DNA of 64,000 nt from an uncultured Bacilli bacterium (GTDB lineage Bacteria > Bacillota_I > Bacilli_A > RF39 > UBA660). Where the stretch lies: assembly GCA_947632115.1 (NCBI GenBank), contig CANROB010000006.1, forward strand, positions 3,844 to 67,843, in the 5' to 3' direction. Below the pieces are notes generated by a model, which worked only from the letters and a program-made list of their open reading frames with translations, did not search any database and was not told the origin of the DNA. Made by a program: the position numbers and the translations under genes. Position 1 is the stretch's first letter; every line of letters starts with the position of its first letter. Positions 29,499-37,295 of this stretch are shown here, piece after piece.

Positions 29499-30308
29499 AT
29501 GGATAAAGAAAAAATGGGATTGTTTATTGCAGAACTTAGAAAGGAAAAAGGATTAACACAAGAAGAACTGGCTCAACAGTTTTATGTAGACCGCGCAACG
29601 ATTTCAAAATGGGAAAAAGGATATTATATTCCTACTCCTGAAATGTTGTTAGAATTGAGTAACTTTTTTGGGATTACAGTGAATGAAATTCTTTTAGGAG
29701 AAAAGAAATCTGAGACGAATCAAGATGAAGTCAATAAAGTGACGGTTGAAATTTTGAAAAACCGGGATCAGAAAATAAAGAAAATTAGTTGGGTTAGTAT
29801 CTCTATTATCCTTCTTTTGATGATGGTAGGAGTAGGAACTTGTCTATTCTTCAAATTAGAATCTGACCGAAAACTAGCAGAAACCAAAAATTGGCTTCCA
29901 ACTTTGCGAGAAGGAGATGTTCCTTATTATTTAAAAAAGGATGATTTAGCCAATGATTTTACAAAGGAACATTTTCAAGCAGAAGATAAAGTAGATATTT
30001 ATATCAAAGGGGATTCTGTTCCACTAGAATATCAAGAAGAACCATTTATTACTAATATTGTCTTGAAGAGATTTACCAAAGAAAATGGTAAGTTAGAAAA
30101 AGAAGCTTCTGATTTCTTATATGTCTATTTTGGAATTGATAGTGAAGTCCAAAATTATTTAAAGAAATTTACCTATTTAAGTCAAAATACTTTTGAGGAC
30201 GCTAAATTCTATTTTGTAAAAAACAATTCCACTGATAGTAAATGTGAAGTCAATGCAAAACTAAAAAAACTACTAGATGAACAAATTGTCCAAGTAGAGG
30301 TTTCTTAA
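29499..30308 (+). CDS. XRE-family HTH protein with a TM helix and an extracytoplasmic domain
   Basis: FIAELRKEKGLTQEELAQQFYVDRATISKWEKG HTH motif and the TM helix ISWVSISIILLLMMVGVGTCLFF. AGGAGG 8 nt before the ATG at 29499. Confidence 0.75.
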   Translation: MDKEKMGLFIAELRKEKGLTQEELAQQFYVDRATISKWEKGYYIPTPEMLLELSNFFGITVNEILLGEKKSETNQDEVNKVTVEILKNRDQKIKKISWVSISIILLLMMVGVGTCLFFKLESDRKLAETKNWLPTLREGDVPYYLKKDDLANDFTKEHFQAEDKVDIYIKGDSVPLEYQEEPFITNIVLKRFTKENGKLEKEASDFLYVYFGIDSEVQNYLKKFTYLSQNTFEDAKFYFVKNNSTDSKCEVNAKLKKLLDEQIVQVEVS

Positions 30309-30311
30309 ACC

Positions 30312-30352
30312 AAAAAAAACAGAGAATGTTACCGTATTCTCTGTTTCTTTAT
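30312..30352. terminator. Bidirectional terminator between convergent genes
   Basis: ACAGAGAAT/ATTCTCTGT 9-bp stem flanked by A8 on one side and a T-rich run on the other. Confidence 0.65.
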
Positions 30353-31398
30353 TTTTTAATTAGAATAGCTAAATCATTTTTAGCAGTACTCATTCCATAA
30401 CCTGAATGATTGGTAGCTATTTCTTTGATTTCAAATTCTTTTTTTAAATCTTGTAAAAGATAATGGTAAGAAACATTTTGACCTGTCCAACCAGTAAAAT
30501 ATTTCTCTAACATATCAAGACCACTTAAGATATCTGAACTAGGTGCCCAACCATTAGGATCACTTTTTAGTTTTTCCTCAATAAAGGTATCTACTTCTTC
30601 ATCATATCGACAAAGATAAGCACCCATCATTATCCCGTGCTCTTTTAGTCTAGGAAGTAATACTTGTTTGATAAAAGTAGTATACTTTTTAGCGTTTTCC
30701 CGGCTTACTTCTTCTCCAAAATTTAAATACTCATAAATATTGGATAAGATGATACTATCATAATTCACTCCTTCTGGAAGCGTTTTTCCTAGGTCATAGA
30801 AATCACTTTCGATAAAATGCCAGTTTGCCTCTCGTACTCGTTTTTGGGTTTGATAATAAGTTTCATTATTGCGGTAATACCCATTAACGACTTGGGCAAG
30901 TTTTCCATGCTTCTTAGGAGAGCGGAATAACTCTTCTGATAAATAGTATGCATTATAACGAAAATATTCATATAAAATATCCCAAAAAAGACGAATCGGA
31001 AGAGCAAGTTCTTTTTGTACTTTTTGATAAAGACGATATTCCATGATATTTCCATTATTTTCAGCAATCATAAAATCTAGAAAATCTCTTCGACGGAGAG
31101 TTGCAAGCGCAACTCTTTTAAGTTCTAGAAAATAGATGTCCGCTTTATTGATATCAAAAAAATAAACATCTTTCGCGCCCTTTAAAGTAGCGGCAATTCC
31201 TTGATCAGCAGAAGCGCCAATTGTAAGAGTGGTATCAAAGGAAGAGGACATTTCTTCCGTATATGTCTTTACATCTTCTGTTGTGATATTGTAAAGACGG
31301 CAGTACCTTCCAAACTCACTATCCCAACCATCTCTTACGCCCTGAATCATCATAAGGGCATCTTTTTTTGCCTCTATCATATTTGGTAAAGTGATCAT
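30349..31398 (-). CDS. DUF3419 (BtaA-like, SAM-dependent methyltransferase fold) family protein
   Basis: TLTIGASADQGIAATLKGAKDVYFFDINKADIYFLELKRVALATLRRRDFLDFM matches the pattern I remember for DUF3419 (I.SaGdn...vDlN..Q..LleLK). Confidence 0.55.
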   Translation of the reverse strand: MITLPNMIEAKKDALMMIQGVRDGWDSEFGRYCRLYNITTEDVKTYTEEMSSSFDTTLTIGASADQGIAATLKGAKDVYFFDINKADIYFLELKRVALATLRRRDFLDFMIAENNGNIMEYRLYQKVQKELALPIRLFWDILYEYFRYNAYYLSEELFRSPKKHGKLAQVVNGYYRNNETYYQTQKRVREANWHFIESDFYDLGKTLPEGVNYDSIILSNIYEYLNFGEEVSRENAKKYTTFIKQVLLPRLKEHGIMMGAYLCRYDEEVDTFIEEKLKSDPNGWAPSSDILSGLDMLEKYFTGWTGQNVSYHYLLQDLKKEFEIKEIATNHSGYGMSTAKNDLAILIKK

Positions 31399-31490
31399 GT
31401 TCTACCCCCCCTAAAACTGCGGATTATTATAATAAGTTTTCTTCCAAAAGTCAAATGTTATGGTATAATAATTTTAGAAAGGGGATTCTT

Positions 31491-32168
31491 ATGATTAAAA
31501 CCAAAAAACAAGGATCTTTGATTATTATTTCTGGTACAACCTGTGCGGGAAAGGGAACGGTTATTAAAAAATTATTAGAACGTCATAACGATATTGTGTT
31601 ATCGATATCTTATACTTCTCGTCCAAAGCGGGAAAGTGAAGTAGATGGCGTTGATTATTATTTTGTGACAGAAGAAGAGTTTGAAAAGAAAATCGCTAAT
31701 GATGATTTTTTGGAATACGCGAAAGTACAATATGGAGCTTACTATGGAACACCAAAAGCGGAGATTATCAAGCAATTAGATACAGGAAAAGATGTCATCT
31801 TAGAAATCGATGTACAAGGTGCGAAACAAATTAAAGAAAAATTTCCAGAAACCATTTTAATCTTTATTATGGCTCCTAGTATGGAAGAAGTAAAAAGAAG
31901 AATTGAAATGCGAGGAGATGAAAATCAGGAACAGATTATCTCTCGCTTTAAAAGGGCTTATCAGGAGATTAATCAGTATACGAATTATAACTATGTCGTT
32001 GTCAATGACGACCTAAAGGAGTCTGTTGATAAAGTAGAAGCAATTTTAGTAAGTGAGAAACTCAGAGTAGATCGTATTGAAGAACTCTCTTTAGAAAATG
32101 AAGAAGAGATGATTCACGAACTTTTAATGGAAAAAGATTTTCCAAATGAACATATACAAATTCAATAA
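31491..32168 (+). CDS. gmk: Guanylate kinase-like protein
   Basis: P-loop SGTTCAGKGT, YTSRPKRESEVDGVDYYFV (the GMP-binding S.T.R..R..E..G.dY.F pattern) and FLEYAKVQYGAYYGT. AAAGGGGA RBS. TGgTATAAT at 31461-31469 lies inside the track ORF that starts at 31455. Confidence 0.75.
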   Translation: MIKTKKQGSLIIISGTTCAGKGTVIKKLLERHNDIVLSISYTSRPKRESEVDGVDYYFVTEEEFEKKIANDDFLEYAKVQYGAYYGTPKAEIIKQLDTGKDVILEIDVQGAKQIKEKFPETILIFIMAPSMEEVKRRIEMRGDENQEQIISRFKRAYQEINQYTNYNYVVVNDDLKESVDKVEAILVSEKLRVDRIEELSLENEEEMIHELLMEKDFPNEHIQIQ

Positions 32169-32181
32169 AAAGGAGTAGTTT

Positions 32182-34044
32182 ATGGTATTTAAGTGTAAGA
32201 TGTGTGGGGGAGATATTGAACTAGTAGAGGGTACAAATACGGGTAAGTGTTTGTATTGTAAAAGCACAATGACTCTACCTACTGTAGAGGATGAAAGAAT
32301 TCTAAACTTATACAATCGAGCAAATGATTTACGACTAGAAAATGAGTTTGATAAAGCTTATGCAACGTATGAATCTATTTTGGAGTTAGATAATGAACAA
32401 GTAGAGGCTCATTGGGGATTAATCTTATGTAAATATGGAGTAGAGTATGTAGATGACCCTAAGACTAAAAAGAAAATTCCTACTTGCCATAGGACCAATT
32501 ATGAATCTATTTTCGATGATGTTCATTACAAAGTAGTAAAAGAAAAATCTTATGGCGAAGCTTTGAAACTCTATGAAAAAGAAGCGAAAAAGATTCAAGA
32601 TATTCAAAAAGGAATTCTAGAGATTTCCTCTAAGGAAGAGCCTTATGATATCTTTATCTGTTATAAGGAGACGGATAATAATGGAGAAAGAACCCATGAT
32701 AGCGTTATGGCAGAAGATATCTATGAAGCCTTAACAAAAGAAGGGTATAAAGTTTTCTTCTCTAGAATTACCCTAGAAGATAAATTAGGAACAGAATACG
32801 AACCTTATATCTTCTCTGCTTTAAATAGTGCGAAAGTGATGTTGGTTGTTGGAACATCTTCTGAAAACTTAGAGGCAGTATGGGTAAAAAATGAGTGGAG
32901 TCGTTATTTAGACTTTATGAAAAAGGATAAATCGAAAACGCTTATTCCTGTTTATAGTAAAATGGATGCTTATAAACTTCCAGAAAGTTTTGCGATGTTG
33001 CAAGCTCAAAATATGGATAAAGTAGGGGCAATGCAAGATCTTGTTCGTGGTATTAAAAAGATTATGAATGCCAAAAAAGAAACTAAATCATCCAATGTCA
33101 CGGAAGAGATGTATCACCAGTTTAAAGAGCGTATGGAAGATGAAGAAAGCTCTGTGATTGGAAATGAAAAGCGATATGCTACCAATGTTTTAAAGGAAAA
33201 AATAGGAAAAGGGTTTATTGGAATTACTTTATTAGTATCTTTCCTAATGGCAATTTGGATGGCAGGATTTTTAGCTTCCTATACAATATCTAATTCAGTA
33301 GGATCCTTCCGATATAGTGACGTTTTGGCATATACTTTTCGGGAGAGGGCTAGTCTCATTCAGATAACTGTTGGATTTATTACTTTAATTTCCTTTTTTA
33401 TAGGGCTTTTATCTAGAAAGATGAATAAGGTATCTAAAATTTTATATCTCGTTAATTTTGCTTTAGAAGGTTATTTTTTATTTTTGATTCATTCTTGTGG
33501 ATTTAAGTCAAGTGCTTACATTTTGATTTTAGTTGGTCTTAATTTAATTTTATTCTTATTAAGACCAAGATGGCAGTTATCGACTAATATGTTGATGTTG
33601 AATAAGAAGAATAAGGAAATGCAAGAAGAGAAAAATAGAAAGTTAAAAGAAAAATTTGTCGAAAAAGAAAAGTTTGCCATTCACCCTATATTTTATGGAG
33701 TAGCATTCATTCTACTACTCTTCATTGGCTTTCAGTTAATAAGACCTGTTCCTATTCAATCCAATAAGAGAAATTCAAAGATAGATCAGATTAAAGTTCT
33801 TGAACAAATGGATTTATATGAAAATACACAAGATAGTTGGAGACATTCCGTAGCTACTTTATTTCCTGGAGAAATTTATGATGTGATTAGTACACGTATT
33901 GACGAGGATGGGTATCAACGGTCAATAGAAATTCAAACGAGTTTAGGAGTTCATGGCTATATCGCATCTCAATATAGTTCCTGTGTTAACGGAGAATGTG
34001 AGTATAGTGATGACCGTTTTCAAATTTTACCTAAAGAAGAGTAA
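32182..34044 (+). CDS. Zn-ribbon / TIR domain / 5-TM / C-terminal SH3b-like membrane protein (paralog 1)
   Basis: CKMCGG...CLYCKS ribbon. TIR-like core at residues ~155-290: YDIFICYKETD, KVFFSR, VMLVVGTSS, WVKNEWSRYL. Five hydrophobic helices between residues ~345 and 525. The C-terminal IYDVIS...GVHGYIASQY is SH3b-like. Confidence 0.8.
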   Translation: MVFKCKMCGGDIELVEGTNTGKCLYCKSTMTLPTVEDERILNLYNRANDLRLENEFDKAYATYESILELDNEQVEAHWGLILCKYGVEYVDDPKTKKKIPTCHRTNYESIFDDVHYKVVKEKSYGEALKLYEKEAKKIQDIQKGILEISSKEEPYDIFICYKETDNNGERTHDSVMAEDIYEALTKEGYKVFFSRITLEDKLGTEYEPYIFSALNSAKVMLVVGTSSENLEAVWVKNEWSRYLDFMKKDKSKTLIPVYSKMDAYKLPESFAMLQAQNMDKVGAMQDLVRGIKKIMNAKKETKSSNVTEEMYHQFKERMEDEESSVIGNEKRYATNVLKEKIGKGFIGITLLVSFLMAIWMAGFLASYTISNSVGSFRYSDVLAYTFRERASLIQITVGFITLISFFIGLLSRKMNKVSKILYLVNFALEGYFLFLIHSCGFKSSAYILILVGLNLILFLLRPRWQLSTNMLMLNKKNKEMQEEKNRKLKEKFVEKEKFAIHPIFYGVAFILLLFIGFQLIRPVPIQSNKRNSKIDQIKVLEQMDLYENTQDSWRHSVATLFPGEIYDVISTRIDEDGYQRSIEIQTSLGVHGYIASQYSSCVNGECEYSDDRFQILPKEE

Positions 34045-34056
34045 GAGGAGTAGTTT

Positions 34057-36150
34057 ATGATATTGAAGTGTAAGATGTGTGGGGGAGATATTGAACCGAT
34101 AGAAGGAACGAATACCGGTAAGTGTATCTACTGTAAAAGTGTTATGACACTTCCCTCATTAGAAGATGAAAAAATAGTAAATTTATATAATCGTGCGAAT
34201 AAATTGCGATTAGATAATGAGTTTGATAAAGCTTATGAAATCTATGAATCCATTTTAAAAATGGATGAAGAACAAGTAGAAGCCCACTGGGGATTAGTCC
34301 TTTGTAAGTATGGAATTGAATATGTAGATGATCCTAGAACTAAGAAAAAAGTACCTACTTGTCATCGTGCCAATTATGAATCTGTTTTAGTCAATTCTGA
34401 TTATCTTTTTGTTAAAGAACATTCTTATGGTGAGGCATTAAAGTTATATGAAGAAGAAGCTAAATATATTCAAAAGGTTCAAAAAAGAATCTTAGATATT
34501 TCATCCAAAGAAGAACCTTATGATATCTTTATCTGTTATAAGGAAACTGATAGTGATGGAGAAAGAACAAAAGATAGTGTGCTTGCGCAAGATATTTATC
34601 AGGCTTTAACAAAAGAAGGATATAAGGTTTTCTTTTCAAGAATTACCTTAGAAGATAAACTAGGAACAGAATATGAACCTTATATCTTCTCAGCTTTAAA
34701 TAGTGCGAAAGTAATGTTGGTGGTTGGAACGTCTTCTGAAAATTTAGAGGCAGTGTGGGTAAAAAATGAGTGGAGCCGTTACTTAAGCTTCATGAAAGAG
34801 GATACTTCTAAATCTTTAGTACCTGTTTATAGTAACATGGATGCTTATGAACTTCCTGAGGCATTTTCAATGTTACAAGCCCAAAATATGGATAAAGTAG
34901 GGGCAATGCAGGACCTTGTTCGTGGTATCGAAAAGTTGATGTCTTCTACCAAAACAAAGAAGAAACAGTCTTTAGATAAGAAGACAACAAAGCAAGTTCA
35001 AGAAGTATTAGAAGGAATCACTAGTTTAGGAAATAATCGATATGAGGTTACGATTGTAAAGGAAAAAAGAGCGACTTGGTATTATGTTTTTGTTATCGTA
35101 GTAGTTTCTATTTTCTTGTTTAATAGTTTGCTTGCTGTAGCTGGAGGAAATGGCGGATTTTCCATTGGACTTTCAGATACTCAGGAAATGTTATTCAATA
35201 TTTTAGTTGGAAGTAGGAGTTTAAATTACGTTTCTGATGGATTAGTAGCTTTACAATTTTTAATTTGTGTTACGATGGTTGTTTCCGGATTCCTTAAGAT
35301 GCGTACGCGTAAACTAGTTCGTATCTCTAATTATGTAATGCTTGGTACTTTTCTTTTAGAATTTATTTTAATAGAAATTTCTATGAAATACTTCGCTATC
35401 CCTTGTATCCTTTATTGGTTTACGGTTTCTTTATCTTTTATTCTCTTTTTGGTCAATCCTTCTTGGAATCTAGATACTAGTACGAAAACGATTGTTGAAG
35501 GAGAAGAAAAAGACAAATTATTAGTAAAAAATAAAGCGATTCGGGAGAATTTTACGAAAAAAGATAAATTTCCTCTTCTAAAAAAGTGCTTTATTCTTGG
35601 AATGGTGTTGTGTATTGTTATTTATGGAGGGACATTCTTCCATACGATTTTATCTAAATATGGAAATGCTCGTGATGAATCTAAGGCCCAGATGGAAATT
35701 GTTTCTTCCTATATGGCTGTAAGAGATGACTATAATCAGGTCGTAGGAATTGCGAAAAAAGGGGAAATTTATACGATTTTATCCATTTCCTATGATCGCT
35801 CTGAGTCATGTTTTGAAATCGAACAAAGTAATCACGTGAAAGGAACTATTTGTGGAAGTGCAGCAAGCTTTAAAATGTTAGCTGGACAGGGAAATGAAAG
35901 AGATACCTCTTTAAGACAATTAGAGGTTACTTATGATTTTATTCGCATTCGAGGAGAAAGTTCTATTTATGGCGATATTTTAGGACAGGTTTCTGAAGGA
36001 GAAATTTATACGATTTTAGAAGATAAAAAACAGTATGATGGAACACACTGGTATAAAATTAAAACAAATTATGGTTTAACAGGATATATTTATTCTGGAG
36101 ATGATGGTGAGTATGTAAAAGTATTAGAGCCAGAGAAAGGAGAAAAGTAA
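34057..36150 (+). CDS. Zn-ribbon / TIR domain / 5-TM / two C-terminal SH3b-like modules (paralog 2)
   Basis: Same N-terminal ~300 aa as paralog 1, including an identical 56-aa stretch. Divergent TM block. The C-terminus has two SH3b-like units (GEIYTILS...VKGTICGS and GEIYTILE...GLTGYIYS). Confidence 0.8.
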   Translation: MILKCKMCGGDIEPIEGTNTGKCIYCKSVMTLPSLEDEKIVNLYNRANKLRLDNEFDKAYEIYESILKMDEEQVEAHWGLVLCKYGIEYVDDPRTKKKVPTCHRANYESVLVNSDYLFVKEHSYGEALKLYEEEAKYIQKVQKRILDISSKEEPYDIFICYKETDSDGERTKDSVLAQDIYQALTKEGYKVFFSRITLEDKLGTEYEPYIFSALNSAKVMLVVGTSSENLEAVWVKNEWSRYLSFMKEDTSKSLVPVYSNMDAYELPEAFSMLQAQNMDKVGAMQDLVRGIEKLMSSTKTKKKQSLDKKTTKQVQEVLEGITSLGNNRYEVTIVKEKRATWYYVFVIVVVSIFLFNSLLAVAGGNGGFSIGLSDTQEMLFNILVGSRSLNYVSDGLVALQFLICVTMVVSGFLKMRTRKLVRISNYVMLGTFLLEFILIEISMKYFAIPCILYWFTVSLSFILFLVNPSWNLDTSTKTIVEGEEKDKLLVKNKAIRENFTKKDKFPLLKKCFILGMVLCIVIYGGTFFHTILSKYGNARDESKAQMEIVSSYMAVRDDYNQVVGIAKKGEIYTILSISYDRSESCFEIEQSNHVKGTICGSAASFKMLAGQGNERDTSLRQLEVTYDFIRIRGESSIYGDILGQVSEGEIYTILEDKKQYDGTHWYKIKTNYGLTGYIYSGDDGEYVKVLEPEKGEK

Positions 36151-36151
36151 T

Positions 36152-37294
36152 ATGGCATTATTCGAGGTAATCAAAAAAGAAAAAGATGATGATAATTTTA
36201 TATGGCGATATCCCAATACAAAATTTAATACGAGTTCACAATTAATTGTTCATGAAGGACAAGAAGCTATCTTTTTTAGCAATGGAAAAGCATTAGATTT
36301 ATTTGGACCTGGTAAATATACGCTAGAGACTAATAACATTCCTTTGCTTCGAAAAGTAATCGAGATTCCAACTGGTGGAAAAAGTCCTTTCCAATGTGAA
36401 GTATACTTTGTGGATAAAGTGGAAAAATCTATGCGTTGGGGAACGAAGAGTCGGTTAGAGTTTTTAGAGCCAAAATATCAATTTCCAATTTCTATTGGAG
36501 CCTGTGGCGAGATGCGTTTTATCATTGAAGATTCTAGAAAAATCTTGTTAAAACTAGTTGGTGTGAAAAAACAATTAGATAGTGAAAATATCGATGATTT
36601 CTTTGAGTCACAAATTTTAATGAAAGTTAAAAATTACATGGCTCAAATTATTACCGAAGAGAAGATTAGTATTTTTGAAATTGATCAACAACTAGAAAAG
36701 TTTAGTGAAGAACTAAAGAAAAAACTAGAAGCTGATTTCCAAGAGTTTGGAATTAAATTAAATAAATTCTTTGTCACAACGATTGCGAAACCAGAAGATG
36801 ATAAACGCTATCTAGAATTTAAAGAATTATACTTTAAACAATCCGTTGCTCTAGCAGAGGCTGAATTAAAGCAAAAGTTAGAGTTGATTGAGGAAGATAC
36901 AAAAGCGAAAAAGGTAGTGATGTCTTCTCAAGCGGAAGCTACGAAACGGAGTCAAGAAGGTTATACTTATCAAGAAGAGAAAGCTTATCAGATAGGTCAA
37001 AAAGTAGCGGAAAATCAAGCAGTTGGTCAATTTACTAATGTGGGTGTTGGCCTTGGAATGATTAGTGGCATGGGAGGAACCATCAGCAATCAAGTTAGTA
37101 AAGAAGTAACGGGTGCTTTTGCAACTCTTAACAATGTCGTTTGTCCAAATTGTCACAAGGAATTAGAAAAAGATACTGCTTTTTGTAAATATTGTGGTAC
37201 GAAGATTGTGACCGAAAAATATTGTGGAAAATGTGGAGCAAGCCTTTCAGCAGATGCTGCCTTTTGTTCTCACTGTGGGGAAAGGATAGGTTAA
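36152..37294 (+). CDS. SPFH/Band-7 domain protein with two C-terminal zinc ribbons (COG4260, YdjI-like)
   Basis: MALFEVIKKE...FIWRYP...LIVHEGQEAIFF.NGK N-terminus, typical of the YdjI/virion-core-like SPFH family. A coiled-coil follows, then CPNCHKE..CKYCG and CGKCGAS..CSHCG. The start is 1 nt after the upstream stop. Confidence 0.75.
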   Translation: MALFEVIKKEKDDDNFIWRYPNTKFNTSSQLIVHEGQEAIFFSNGKALDLFGPGKYTLETNNIPLLRKVIEIPTGGKSPFQCEVYFVDKVEKSMRWGTKSRLEFLEPKYQFPISIGACGEMRFIIEDSRKILLKLVGVKKQLDSENIDDFFESQILMKVKNYMAQIITEEKISIFEIDQQLEKFSEELKKKLEADFQEFGIKLNKFFVTTIAKPEDDKRYLEFKELYFKQSVALAEAELKQKLELIEEDTKAKKVVMSSQAEATKRSQEGYTYQEEKAYQIGQKVAENQAVGQFTNVGVGLGMISGMGGTISNQVSKEVTGAFATLNNVVCPNCHKELEKDTAFCKYCGTKIVTEKYCGKCGASLSADAAFCSHCGERIG

Positions 37295-37295
37295 T

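Noticed and set aside
32182-36150. Calling the TIR genes a Thoeris (ThsB) system.
   Set aside because: No ThsA-type partner (SIR2 or Macro/SLOG, TM-Macro) is present in the operon or its flanks. The proteins are polytopic membrane proteins, unlike ThsB.
36152-37294. Treating the 'virion core protein'-like SPFH gene as prophage evidence.
   Set aside because: That label is a historical annotation of the COG4260 SPFH family. There are no phage structural, integrase or replication genes around 30-39 kb.
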